Assembly: GCA_004431415.1 (NCBI GenBank)
Contig: QPMI01000498.1
Location: 15,698-79,697 of the forward strand
Direction of reading: 5' to 3'
DNA length: 64,000 nucleotides
From: Cyanophora paradoxa CCMP329
Lineage: Eukaryota; Plantae; Glaucophyta
This document shows positions 47,292 to 61,016 of the stretch, in pieces. Numbering within the stretch: position 1 is the stretch's first letter; every line of letters begins with the position of its first letter. Both the position numbers and the translations under genes were made by a program. The notes under the pieces are model-generated. The model saw nothing but the letters and a program-made list of their open reading frames with translations. It was not told the origin of the DNA and did no database searches.

Positions 47292-49777
47292 TGACTGCCG
47301 GGATCGGACCCTGGACGAGCTCAATGCTTTGAAGCAATTGCAATTCTTGAGCTCGGTGCGTTTCTTACAGCAACTTATCTTGCGATTCTGCTCTCAATAT
47401 GCTGTTAGGTGGCGCTCGAGTCGAGACGCTTGCAAAAGTAACAACGGGCTGCGCACGACCGCCGGGTCTACATTCAAAGCGAAGTGTTGGGTCGACCGGG
47501 TCCTGGAGGTCCTGTTCTCCCGCGCGCGCTGGGGTCGGGTGGTGTGCAGTGGCCACCACCTGCGCGATCCGACAGCATGCGCACCATTTGTGGTCACGTC
47601 CACAGAGTGGTTCCGCGCGCCCCGCGCGGGGCGTCCTGACATCTTCGCGAACGAAGAGCAGGCAAAAGGGCTACTGCAGCGGTGCAAGGCTTTTGTAGGA
47701 CTGCAGATAGCCTGATTCCGCATGCAGCTATAGTCTAGGGTTCTACGACATCGTTGGTTTTGTATGAGATCAATTTCACGAGGCCGAACTCTGTACCCTT
47801 CGATCGCAAGTTAGCCACCGGTGGCTAACTTAGGGGGGGAATGAACAGGGGGGAGAAGCGCAGGGGGGAAGAATAGGAAAAAAAAGGAACTTCCGCGCGC
47901 CCGGCCATGCATGCAGCGCGCGAATTCCGTCCGCTGCGCATGCGCACTGCCGCGCGCACGCCGTGCTCAGCCCGCGGCGCCACGCCCGCCCCGCAGGCGT
48001 CTTCGCCGCGCCGCGCACGCGAGGAGTACACATCGCTTGCTTCATCGGCTCACCCGCGGCGCCGGCGGCGCGCTAGCTACACGCTTTCGCTTGTCCGAGG
48101 TACTCATCTTCGAATTCTGCAGCCGTCGCCCCATCCTCGGCAGCTGTAAGGCGGCGCGCAGGGACTCGAGCTCTCAACTATGGCGTCGCCCGGCGGGCCC
48201 AGCGCAAGCAGCTCTGAGCCAGTAGGTCCGTCCCGGAACCGCCCCTCGGACCTGCCTGGGCGCGCTGTCTTCCGATCCTGCTAAAAAACGTGTTTTCGGG
48301 GCGACATTTTGGCACTATGTTCACTATGCCCGCCGGCCATGGGCTCGGATCGGGCCGGGGCCTTTTTCAAGCGATCGCCGGCGCCGCGTCCGTCGTCCGA
48401 CGGTTCGCGCTAGCGATCTCCCCGGAGTACTCGGTACCAGGGCCTAGCGATCGCCGAAGCGATGAGAAGGCTCTCTGACCGGCGATCGCTTGCGCAGGAG
48501 CTGCTTCAAGTTCGTCGCACCAGCCAACGCCAACGCCTGCAGTGCGTGCCCGCCTCCCGTAGCGCTGTGGGCATGCTCGCATAGAGATTCTCTATTCAAT
48601 GCGATCGCTACATCTCTGCCCCGCGCATAGAGCCTTCTCATTGCTCGGCGATCGCTTTGTGTTCGGCGCCATACCCAGCGGATCCGATCTCTAACAAAGA
48701 GCTGCTGGCCGGCGATCGCTTCTGTGTTCTCAGTTCTAACGGTCGCCGCGGGCTTGACGTCCACAGCCTTCTCATTGGCCAAGCGATCGCTGGTTTTCGG
48801 TGTCTTATGCCCGTCTCCGCAGCATGCTGACCCCCGGAGAGAGGAGGCGGACCTCCCTACCCCCCGGAGTGCCCTCTTCGGGGGGGAAGAGAGGACGTGG
48901 ACCTCCTTCCCTCTCCAGCCCTCTTCGAGGGCCCGCCCGCCCTTCCGCTCCCCCGGCCCGCCTCCCCGGCCCGCCCTCTCCCAGCCCGCTCTCCCCGGCC
49001 CCGCCCCCCGCCCGCCCGGGCCCGGCGCCCCTCCCCCGGCCCGCCGGCCCGGCCGCCTCCCCTGGCCCGCCCTCCCCCGGCCTGCCCGGCCCGGCCCGCC
49101 CTCCCCGAGCACCCGCAGCATGCTGACCCCGGAGAGAGGAGGCGGACCTCCTACCCCGGAGTGCCTCTTCGGGGGGAAGAGAGGACGTGGACTCCTTCCC
49201 TCTCCAGCCCTCTTCGGAGGGCCCGCCCCGCCTTCGCTCCCCCGGCCGCCCTCCCCGGCCCGCCCTCTCCCAGCCCCGCTCTCCCCCCGGCCCGCCCTCC
49301 CCCGGCCCGCCCCGGCCCGGGCGCGCCCCTCCCCGGCCCGCCCGGGCCCGGGCCGCCCTCCCCTGGCCCGCCCTCCCCGGCCTGCCCGGGCCCCGGGCCC
49401 GCCCCTCCCCGAGCACCGCAGCATGCTGACCCCCGGAGAGAGGAGGCGGACCTCCCTACCCCCGGAGTGCCCTCTTCGGGGGGAAGAGAGGACGTGGACC
49501 TCCTTCCCTCTCCCAGCCCCTCTTCGGAGGGCCCGCCCCGCCCTTCCGCCTCCCCGGCCCGCCCTCCCCCGGCCCGCCCTCTCCCCAGCCCCGCCTCTCC
49601 CCCGGCCCCGCCCGGCCCCGGCGCGCCCTCCCCCGGCCCGCCCCGGGCCCGGGCCGCCCTCCCCTGGCCCGCCCCTCCCCCGGCCCTGCCCCGGGCCCGG
49701 GCCCGCCCTCCCCGAGCACACGAACCCCCGAGCACACGAAGCCTGGCCGGGGCCTGAAGCCGGCGGGCCGGCCTCAG

Positions 49778-50967
49778 ATCTACAAGTACAGCGGCGAGCT
49801 GGACGCGGCGACCGAGCTCCTCGACCGCGCCCTCTACTGCCTCGAGGCAGCCTGGTGCGGGGCGGGCGCGGGCACGGGCGCGGCGGGGCGGAGGATGCGT
49901 TGCGCTGCAGTTCGTTCACTTGGTTTTGAGCTCCGTCCCCGGCAGGCACCCGCAGTTCAAGCCGGCGAGCGGCGCCTGCCGCCTCGACTTCGCAGTCATG
50001 GAGAACAAGTGCGCAGAGAACCCGTTGTACCCCGAGGATAACCTGTACCCTCCTCCGGACTCACCCCGCCACCCCCAGGGCCTGGTCTTCCGGCGCCTGC
50101 AGATGCTCATTCGCGGCGGCTGCTCCGCACCTCCTCGGTACCCCTCGACCGCTTCCCCCTACTCGGATTCGAACCGAACGTCGTACCTCCAGAGACGGCC
50201 AAGCTGCTGCTTGCGCTGGACCCGACAGTGACCTGATGGGGGTGCTCCAGTGCATCGACTACTTCGCCCTCCGCGCCAGGTACCCATAACCTTCCCCCCC
50301 CCCCCCAACTTCCCCCCCCCCCACCTCATTTTTCTTCAGGGAGTACAAGTTCCTTCTGGAGCTGGTGGCGGCGCCGGCGCTCCCGGGCGCTCCGCCTCGT
50401 TCGTGCGGGAGCCGCCCCTCTCGAGGCGGGAGCCGCCCTCTTCCTCCCATCGCCCTCAACTCCTCGGTACCCCACTTAGCCTCTCCCCCTTTTTTCCTGG
50501 CGCCGAGCCGGGCTCGCAGCGTACGCGCTCATGCGCGTGGCGCGGGACGGCGGCGCCGCGCCGTCGACGAGCTGGTGCCCTGCGCCCCTCCGAATCTCCT
50601 CTAAGACTGAAGCGCGGCAGGTCCTCCGGCGCCTCTTCTCGCACACGCTGGACCCCGCCTCGCCGGCGCCGCCCACGCCCTCTGCCGCGCCCTCGCCGCC
50701 GCCCTCCTGCGGCAGGCGGTCCTCATGTACCCCGGCGCCGTCCGCCCCTCCTCGAGAACTACAACGTCAAGCCCGACTCCGGGGTGCGGGGAGGGGCGGG
50801 ACTCCGACAAGGCGAGCGTCTTTCCTCTGAGCTTCTTTACTTTCCGAGTCCTGAGCGGCTCTCTCCTTTGCTTCTTCGTTCACAGGCGCCAGGGGCTGGG
50901 CCGCCCTACACAGGCGGCCCCTCTTCGACGACGACGAGCCGGCCGCCAGCGTCGAGCTCCCGCCCCT
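49778..50967 (+). pseudogene. TCF25: TCF25 fragment copy
   Basis: Near-identical to 38645-39835. Confidence 0.8.
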
Positions 50968-53503
50968 GACTGCCGGATCGGACCCTGGACGAGCTCAATG
51001 CTTTGAAGCAATTGCAATTCTTGAGCTCGGTGCGTTTCTTACAGCAACTTATCTTGCGATTCTGCTCTCAATATGCTGTTAGGTGGCGCTCGAGTCGAGA
51101 CGCTTGCAAAAGTAACAACGGGCTGCGCACGACCGCCGGGTCTACATTCAAAGCGAAGTGTTGGGTCGACCGGGTCCTGGAGGTCCTGTTCTCCCGCGCG
51201 CGCTGGGGTCGGGTGGTGTGCAGTGGCCACCACCTGCGCGATCCGACAGCATGCGCACCATTTGTGGTCACGTCCACAGAGTGGTTCCGCGCGCCCGCGC
51301 GGGGCGTCCTGACATCTTCGCGAACGAAGAGCAGGCAAAAGGGCTACTGCAGCGGTGCAAGGCTTTTGTAGGACTGCAGATAGCCTGATTCCGCATGCAG
51401 CTATAGTCTAGGGTTCTACGACATCGTTGGTTTTGTATGAGATCAATTTCACGAGGCCGAACTCTGTACCCTTCGATCGCAAGTTAGCCACCGGTGGCTA
51501 ACTTAGGGGGGAATGAACAGGGGGAGAAGCGCAGGGGGAAGAATAGGAAAAAAAGGAACTTCCGCGCGCCCGGCCATGCATGCAGCGCGCGAATTCCGTC
51601 CGCTGCGCATGCGCACTGCCGCGCGCACGCCGTGCTCAGCCCGCGGCGCCACGCCCGCCCCGCAGGCGTCTTCGCCGCGCCCGCGCACGCGAGGAGTACA
51701 CATCGCTTGCTTCATCGGCTCACCCGCGGCGCCGGCGGCGCGCTAGCTACACGCTTTCGCTTGTCCGAGGTACTCATCTTCGAATTCTGCAGCCGTCGCC
51801 CCATCCTCGGCAGCTGTAAGGCGGCGCGCAGGGACTCGAGCTCTCAACTATGGCGTCGCCCGGCGGGCCCAGCGCAAGCAGCTCTGAGCCAGTAGGTCCG
51901 TCCCGGAACCGCCCCTCGGACCTGCCTGGGCGCGCTGTCTTCCGATCCTGCTAAAAAACGTGTTTTCGGGGCGACATTTTGGCACTATGTTCACTATGCC
52001 CGCCGGCCATGGGCTCGGATCGGGCCGGGGCCTTTTTCAAGCGATCGCCGGCGCCGCGTCCGTCGTCCGACGGTTCGCGCTAGCGATCTCCCCGGAGTAC
52101 TCGGTACCAGGGCCTAGCGATCGCCGAAGCGATGAGAAGGCTCTCTGACCGGCGATCGCTTGCGCAGGAGCTGCTTCAAGTTCGTCGCACCAGCCAACGC
52201 CAACGCCTGCAGTGCGTGCCCGCCTCCCGTAGCGCTGTGGGCATGCTCGCATAGAGATTCTCTATTCAATGCGATCGCTACATCTCTGCCCGCGCATAGA
52301 GCCTTCTCATTGCTCGGCGATCGCTTTGTGTTCGGCGCCATACCCAGCGGATCCGATCTCTAACAAAGAGCTGCTGGGCCGGCGATCGCTTCTGTGTTCT
52401 CAGTTCTAACGGTCGCCGCGGGCTTGACGTCCACAGCCTTCTCATTGGCCAAGCGATCGCTGGTTTTCGGTGTCTTATGCCCGTCTCCGCAGCATGCTGA
52501 CCCCGGAGAGAGGAGGCGGACCTCCCTACCCCCGGAGTGCCCTCTTCGGGGGGAAGAGAGGACGTGGACCTCCTTCCCTCTCCCAGCCCTCTTCGGAGGG
52601 CCCCGCCCCCGCCCTTCCGCCTCCCCGGCCCCGCCCTCCCCCGGCCCGCCCTCTCCCAGCCCCGCCTCTCCCCCCGGCCCGCCCTCCCCCGGCCCCGCCC
52701 GGGCCCGGGCGCGCCCTCCCCCGGCCCGCCCGGGCCCCGGGCCCGCCCCTCCCCTGGCCCCGCCCCTCCCCCGGCCCTGCCCGGGCCCCGGGCCCGCCCC
52801 TCCCCGAGCACCCGCAGCATGCTGACCCCGGAGAGAGGAGGCGGACCTCCCTACCCCCGGAGTGCCCTCTTCGGGGGGAAGAGAGGACGTGGACCTCCTT
52901 CCCCTCTCCCAGCCCTCTTCGGAGGGCCCCGCCCCGCCTTCCGCCTCCCCCGGCCCGCCCTCCCCCGGCCCCGCCCTCTCCCAGCCCCGCCTCTCCCCCC
53001 GGCCCGCCCTCCCCCGGCCCGCCCGGGCCCGGGCGCGCCCCTCCCCCGGCCCCGCCCGGGCCCCGGCCCGCCCCTCCCCTGGCCCCGCCCTCCCCCGGCC
53101 CTGCCCCGGCCCGGGCCCGCCCCTCCCCGAGCACCCGCAGCATGCTGACCCCGGAGAGAGGAGGCGGACCTCCCTACCCCCGGAGTGCCCTCTTCGGGGG
53201 AAGAGAGACGTGGACCTCCTTCCCCTCTCCCAGCCCTCTTCGGAGGGCCCCGCCCCGCCCTTCCGCCTCCCCCGGCCCCGCCCTCCCCCGGCCCCGCCCC
53301 TCTCCCAGCCCCGCCTCTCCCCCGGCCCCGCCCCGGGCCCCGGCGCGCCCCTCCCCCGGCCCGCCCCGGGCCCGGGCCCGCCCTCCCCCTGGCCCCGCCC
53401 TCCCCCGGCCCTGCCCCGGGCCCGGGCCCGCCCTCCCCGAGCACACGAACCCCCGAGCACACGAAGCCTGGCCCGGGGCCTGAAGCCGGCGGGCCGGCCT
53501 CAG

Positions 53504-54704
53504 ATCTACAAGTACAGCGGCGAGCTGGACGCGGCGACCGAGCTCCTCGACCGCGCCCTCTACTGCCTCGAGGCAGCCTGGTGCGGGGCGGGGCGCGGGC
53601 ACGGGCGCGGCGGGGCGGAGGATGCGTTGCGCTGCAGTTCGTTCACTTGGTTTTGAGCTCCGTCCCCGGCAGGCACCCGCAGTTCAAGCCGGCGAGCGGC
53701 GCCTGCCGCCTCGACTTCGCAGTCATGGAGAACAAGTGCGCAGAGAACCCGTTGTACCCCCGAGGATAACCTGTACCCTCCTCCGGACTCACCCCGCCAC
53801 CCCCCAGGGCCTGGTCTTCCGGCGCCTGCAGATGCTCATTCGCGGCGGCTGCTCCCGCACCTCCCTCGGTACCCCTCGACCGCTTCCCCCTACTCGGATT
53901 CGAACCGAACGTCGTACCTCCAGAGACGGCCAAGCTGCTGCTTGCGCTGGACCCCGACAGTGACCTGATGGGGGTGCTCCAGTGCATCGACTACTTCGCC
54001 CTCCGCGCCAGGTACCCCATAACCTTCCCCCCCCCCCCCACCCTCCCCCCCCCCACCTCATTTTTCTTCAGGGAGTACAAGTTCCTTCTGGAGCTGGTGG
54101 CGGCGCCGGCGCTCCCCGGGCGCTCCGCCTCGTTCGTGCGGGAGCCGCCCTCTCGAGGCGGGAGCCGCCCTCTTCCTCCCCATCGCCCTCAACTCCTCGG
54201 GTACCCCACTTAGCCTCTCCCCCCTTTTTCCTGGCGCCGAGCCGGCTCGCAGCGTACGCGCTCATGCGCGTGGCGCGGGACGGCGGCGCCGCGCCCGTCG
54301 ACGAGCTGGTGCCCTGCGCCCCTCCGAATCTCCTCTAAGACTGAAGCGCGGCAGGTCCTCCGGCGCCTCTTCTCGCACACGCTGGACCCCGCCTCGCCGG
54401 CGCCGCCCACGCCCTCTGCCGCGGCCCTCGCCGCCGCCCTCCTGCGGCAGGCGGTCCTCATGTACCCCGGCGCCGTCCGCCCCCTCCTCGAGAACTACAA
54501 CGTCAAGCCCGACTCCGGGGTGCGGGGGAGGGGCGGGACTCCGACAAGGCGAGCGTCTTTCCTCTGAGCTTCTTTACTTTCCGAGTCCTGAGCGGCTCTC
54601 TCCTTTGCTTCTTCGTTCACAGGGCGCCAGGGGCTGGGCCGCCCTACACAGGCGGCCCCTCTTCGACGACGACGAGCCGGCCGCCAGCGTCGAGCTCCCG
54701 CCCC
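53504..54704 (+). pseudogene. TCF25: TCF25 fragment copy
   Basis: Near-identical to 38645-39835. Confidence 0.8.
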
Positions 54705-57265
54705 TGACTGCCGGGATCGGACCCTGGACGAGCTCAATGCTTTGAAGCAATTGCAATTCTTGAGCTCGGTGCGTTTCTTACAGCAACTTATCTTGCGATT
54801 CTGCTCTCAATATGCTGTTAGGTGGCGCTCGAGTCGAGACGCTTGCAAAAGTAACAACGGGCTGCGCACGACCGCCGGGTCTACATTCAAAGCGAAGTGT
54901 TGGGTCGACCGGGTCCTGGAGGTCCTGTTCTCCCCGCGCGCGCTGGGGTCGGGTGGTGTGCAGTGGCCACCACCTGCGCGATCCGACAGCATGCGCACCA
55001 TTTGTGGTCACGTCCACAGAGTGGTTCCGCGCGCCCCGCGCGGGGCGTCCTGACATCTTCGCGAACGAAGAGCAGGCAAAAGGGCTACTGCAGCGGTGCA
55101 AGGCTTTTGTAGGACTGCAGATAGCCTGATTCCGCATGCAGCTATAGTCTAGGGTTCTACGACATCGTTGGTTTTGTATGAGATCAATTTCACGAGGCCG
55201 AACTCTGTACCCTTCGATCGCAAGTTAGCCACCGGTGGCTAACTTAGGGGGGAATGAACAGGGGGAGAAGCGCAGGGGGAAGAATAGGAAAAAAAAGGAA
55301 CTTCCGCGCGCCCGGCCATGCATGCAGCGCGCGAATTCCGTCCGCTGCGCATGCGCACTGCCGCGCGCACGCCGTGCTCAGCCCGCGGCGCCACGCCCGC
55401 CCCGCAGGCGTCTTCGCCGCGCCGCGCACGCGAGGAGTACACATCGCTTGCTTCATCGGCTCACCCGCGGCGCCGGCGGCGCGCTAGCTACACGCTTTCG
55501 CTTGTCCGAGGTACTCATCTTCGAATTCTGCAGCCGTCGCCCCATCCTCGGCAGCTGTAAGGCGGCGCGCAGGGACTCGAGCTCTCAACTATGGCGTCGC
55601 CCGGCGGGCCCAGCGCAAGCAGCTCTGAGCCAGTAGGTCCGTCCCGGAACCGCCCCTCGGACCTGCCTGGGCGCGCTGTCTTCCGATCCTGCTAAAAAAC
55701 GTGTTTTCGGGGCGACATTTTGGCACTATGTTCACTATGCCCGCCGGCCATGGGCTCGGATCGGGCCGGGGCCTTTTTCAAGCGATCGCCGGCGCCGCGT
55801 CCGTCGTCCGACGGTTCGCGCTAGCGATCTCCCCGGAGTACTCGGTACCAGGGCCTAGCGATCGCCGAAGCGATGAGAAGGCTCTCTGACCGGCGATCGC
55901 TTGCGCAGGAGCTGCTTCAAGTTCGTCGCACCAGCCAACGCCAACGCCTGCAGTGCGTGCCCGCCTCCCGTAGCGCTGTGGGCATGCTCGCATAGAGATT
56001 CTCTATTCAATGCGATCGCTACATCTCTGCCCGCGCATAGAGCCTTCTCATTGCTCGGCGATCGCTTTGTGTTCGGCGCCATACCCAGCGGATCCGATCT
56101 CTAACAAAGAGCTGCTGGGCCGGCGATCGCTTCTGTGTTCTCAGTTCTAACGGTCGCCGCGGGCTTGACGTCCACAGCCTTCTCATTGGCCAAGCGATCG
56201 CTGGTTTTCGGTGTCTTATGCCCGTCTCCGCAGCATGCTGACCCCGGAGAGAGGAGGCGGACCTCCCTACCCCCCGGAGTGCCCTCTTCGGGGGAAGAGA
56301 GGACGTGGACCTCCTTCCCCTCTCCCAGCCCCTCTTCGGAGGGCCCCGCCCCCGCCCTTCCGCTCCCCCGGCCCCGCCCCTCCCCCGGCCCGCCCCTCTC
56401 CCAGCCCCGCCTCTCCCCCCGGCCCCGCCCCTCCCCCGGCCCCGCCCCGGCCCCGGGCGCGCCCCTCCCCCGGCCCCGCCCGGCCCGGGCCCGCCCTCCC
56501 CTGGCCCCGCCCTCCCCCGGCCCTGCCCGGCCCCGGGCCCGCCCTCCCCGAGCACCCGCAGCATGCTGACCCCGGAGAGAGGAGGCGGACCTCCCTACCC
56601 CCGGAGTGCCCTCTTCGGGGGGAAGAGAGGACGTGGACCTCCTTCCCCTCTCCCAGCCCCTCTTCGGAGGCCCCGCCCCCGCCCTTCCGCCTCCCCCGCC
56701 CCGCCCCTCCCCCGGCCCCGCCCCTCTCCCCAGCCCGCCTCTCCCCCCGGCCCGCCCCTCCCCCCGGCCCCGCCCCGGCCCCGGGCGCGCCCCTCCCCCC
56801 GGCCCGCCCCGGGCCCCGGCCCGCCCCTCCCCTGGCCCCGCCCCTCCCCCGGCCCTGCCCCGGGCCCGGGCCCGCCCCTCCCCCGAGCACCCGCAGCATG
56901 CTGACCCCCGGAGAGAGGAGGCGGACCTCCCTACCCCCGGAGTGCCTCTTCGGGGGGAAGAGAGGACGTGGACCTCCTTCCCCTCTCCCAGCCCCTCTTC
57001 GGAGGGCCCCGCCCCCGCCCTTCCGCCTCCCCCGGCCCCGCCCCTCCCCCGGCCCCGCCCCTCTCCCAGCCCCGCCTCTCCCCCCGGCCCGCCCGGGCCC
57101 CGGGCGCGCCCCTCCCCCGGCCCGCCCCGGCCCGGGCCCGCCCCTCCCCCTGCCCCGCCCCTCCCCCGGCCCTGCCCCGGGCCCCGGGCCCGCCCCTCCC
57201 CGAGCACACGAACCCCGAGCACACGAAGCCTGGCCCGGGGCCTGAAGCCGGCGGGCCGGCCTCAG

Positions 57266-58456
57266 ATCTACAAGTACAGCGGCGAGCTGGACGCGGCGAC
57301 CGAGCTCCTCGACCGCGCCCTCTACTGCCTCGAGGCAGCCTGGTGCGGGGCGGGGCGCGGGCACGGGCGCGCGGGCGGAGGATGCGTTGCGCTGCAGTTC
57401 GTTCACTTGGTTTTGAGCTCCGTCCCCGGCAGGCACCCGCAGTTCAAGCCGGCGAGCGGCGCCTGCCGCCTCGACTTCGCAGTCATGGAGAACAAGTGCG
57501 CAGAGAACCCGTTGTACCCCGAGGATAACCTGTACCCTCCTCCGACTCACCCCGCCACCCCCAGGGCCTGGTCTTCCGGCGCCTGCAGATGCTCATTCGC
57601 GGCGGCTGCTCCCGCACCTCCCTCGGTACCCCTCGACCGCTTCCCCCCTACTCGGATTCGAACCGAACGTCGTACCTCCAGAGACGGCCAAGCTGCTGCT
57701 TGCGCTGGACCCCGACAGTGACCTGATGGGGTGCTCCAGTGCATCGACTACTTCGCCCTCCGCGCCAGGTACCCATAACCTTCCCCCCCCCCCCCAACTT
57801 CCCCCCCCCCCACCTCATTTTTCTTCAGGGAGTACAAGTTCCTTCTGGAGCTGGTGGCGGCGCCGGCGCTCCCCGGGCGCTCCGCCTCGTTCGTGCGGGA
57901 GCCGCCCCTCTCGAGCGGGAGCCGCCCCTCTTCCTCCCCATCGCCCTCAACTCCTCGGTACCCCACTTAGCCTCTCCCCCCTTTTTTCCTGGCGCCGAGC
58001 CGGGCTCGCAGCGTACGCGCTCATGCGCGTGGCGCGGACGGCGGCGCCGCGCCCGTCGACGAGCTGGTGCCCTGCGCCCCTCCGAATCTCCTCTAAGACT
58101 GAAGCGCGCAGGTCCTCCGGCGCCTCTTCTCGCACACGCTGGACCCCGCCTCGCCGGCGCCGCCCACGCCCTCTGCCGCGGCCCTCGCCGCCGCCCTCCT
58201 GCGGCAGGCGGTCCTCATGTACCCCGGCGCCGTCCGCCCCCTCCTCGAGAACTACAACGTCAAGCCCGACTCCGGGGTGCGGGGGAGGGCGGACTCCGAC
58301 AAGGCGAGCGTCTTTCCTCTGAGCTTCTTTACTTTCCGAGTCCTGAGCGGCTCTCTCCTTTGCTTCTTCGTTCACAGGGCGCAGGGCTGGGCCGCCCTAC
58401 ACAGGCGGCCCTCTTCGACGACGACGAGCCGGCCGCCAGCGTCGAGCTCCCGCCCT
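57266..58456 (+). pseudogene. TCF25: TCF25 fragment copy
   Basis: Near-identical to 38645-39835. Confidence 0.8.
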
Positions 58457-61016
58457 GACTGCGGGATCGACCCTGGACGAGCTCAATGCTTTGAAGCAAT
58501 TGCAATTCTTGAGCTCGGTGCGTTTCTTACAGCAACTTATCTTGCGATTCTGCTCTCAATATGCTGTTAGGTGGCGCTCGAGTCGAGACGCTTGCAAAAG
58601 TAACAACGGGCTGCGCACGACCGCCGGGTCTACATTCAAAGCGAAGTGTTGGGTCGACCGGGTCCTGGAGGTCCTGTTCTCCCGCGCGCGCTGGGGTCGG
58701 GTGGTGTGCAGTGGCCACCACCTGCGCGATCCGACAGCATGCGCACCATTTGTGGTCACGTCCACAGAGTGGTTCGCGCGCCCCGCGCGGGCGTCCTGAC
58801 ATCTTCGCGAACGAAGAGCAGGCAAAAGGGCTACTGCAGCGGTGCAAGGCTTTTGTAGGACTGCAGATAGCCTGATTCCGCATGCAGCTATAGTCTAGGG
58901 TTCTACGACATCGTTGGTTTGTATGAGATCAATTTCACGAGGCCGAACTCTGTACCCTTCGATCGCAAGTTAGCCACCGGTGCTAACTTAGGGGGAATGA
59001 ACAGGGGGAGAAGCGCAGGGGGAAGAATAGGAAAAAAAAGGAACTTCCGCGCGCCCGGCCATGCATGCAGCGCGCGAATTCCGTCCGCTGCGCATGCGCA
59101 CTGCCGCGCGCACGCCGTGCTCAGCCCCGCGGCGCCACGCCGCCCCGCAGGCGTCTTCGCCGCGCCCGCGCACGCGAGGAGTACACATCGCTTGCTTCAT
59201 CGGCTCACCCGCGGCGCCGGCGGCGCGCTAGCTACACGCTTTCGCTTGTCCGAGTACTCATCTTCGAATTCTGCAGCCGTCGCCCCATCCTCGGCAGCTG
59301 TAAGGCGGCGCGCAGGGACTCGAGCTCTCAACTATGGCGTCGCCCGGCGGGCCCAGCGCAAGCAGCTCTGAGCCAGTAGGTCCGTCCGGAACCGCCCCTC
59401 GGACCTGCCTGGCGCGCTGTCTTCCGATCCTGCTAAAAACGTGTTTTCGGGGCGACATTTTGGCACTATGTTCACTATGCCCGCCGGCCATGGGCTCGGA
59501 TCGGGCCGGGGCCTTTTTCAAGCGATCGCCGGCGCCGCGTCCGTCGTCCGACGGTTCGCGCTAGCGATCTCCCCGGAGTACTCGGTACCAGGCCTAGCGA
59601 TCGCCGAAGCGATGAGAAGGCTCTCTGACCGGCGATCGCTTGCGCAGGAGCTGCTTCAAGTTCGTCGCACCAGCCAACGCCAACGCCTGCAGTGCGTGCC
59701 GCCTCCCGTAGCGCTGTGGCATGCTCGCATAGAGATTCTCTATTCAATGCGATCGCTACATCTCTGCCCGCGCATAGAGCCTTCTCATTGCTCGGCGATC
59801 GCTTTGTGTTCGCGCCATACCCAGCGGATCGATCTCTAACAAAGAGCTGCTGGGCCGGCGATCGCTTCTGTGTTCTCAGTTCTAACGGTCGCCGCGGGCT
59901 TGACGTCCACAGCCTTCTCATTGGCCAAGCGATCGCTGGTTTTCGGTGTCTTATGCCCGTCTCCGCAGCATGCTGACCCCCGGAGAGAGGAGGCGGACCT
60001 CCCTACCCCCCGGAGTGCCCTCTTCGGGGGGGAAGAGAGGACGTGGACCTCCTTCCCCTCTCCCAGCCCCTCTTCGGAGGGCCCCGCCCCCGCCCTTCCG
60101 CCTCCCCCCGGCCCCGCCCCTCCCCCCGGCCCCGCCCCTCTCCCCAGCCCCGCCTCTCCCCCCCGGCCCCGCCCTCCCCCCGGCCCCGCCCCGGGCCCCG
60201 GCGCGCCCCTCCCCCCGGCCCCGCCCCGGGCCCCGGGCCCGCCCCTCCCCCTGGTCCCCGCCCCTCCCCCGGCCTGCCCCGGGCCCCGGGCCCGCCCCTC
60301 CCCGAGCACCGCAGCATGCTGACCCCCGAGAGAGGAGGCGGACCTCCCTACCCCCCGGAGTGCCCTCTTCGGGGGGAAGAGAGGACGTGGACCTCCTTCC
60401 CTCTCCCAGCCCCTCTTCGGAGGGCCCCGCCCCGCCCTTCCGCCTCCCCCGCCCGCCCTCCCCGGCCCCGCCCCTCTCCCCAGCCCGCCTCTCCCCCCGG
60501 CCCGCCCCTCCCCCGGCCCGCCCCGGCCCCGGGCGCGCCCCTCCCCCCGGCCCGCCCCGGGCCCGGGCCCGCCCTCCCCCTGGCCCCGCCCCTCCCCCCG
60601 GCCCTGCCCCGGGCCCCGGGCCCGCCCCTCCCCCGAGCACCCGCAGCATGCTGACCCCCGGAGAGAGAGGCGGACCTCCCTACCCCCGGAGTGCCCTCTT
60701 CGGGGGGAAGAGAGGACGTGGACCTCCTTCCCCTCTCCCAGCCCCTCTTCGGAGGGCCCCGCCCCCGCCCTTCCGCCTCCCCCGGCCCCGCCCTCCCCCC
60801 GGCCCCGCCCCTCTCCCCAGCCCCGCCTCTCCCCCCGGCCCGCCCCGGGCCCGGGCGCGCCCCTCCCCCGGCCCCGCCCCGGGCCCGGGCCCGCCCTCCC
60901 CTGGCCCCGCCCCTCCCCCGGCCCTGCCCGGGCCCGGGCCCGCCCCTCCCCGAGCACACGAACCCCCGAGCACACGAAGCCTGGCCCGGGGGCCTGAAGC
61001 GGCGGGCCGGCCTCAG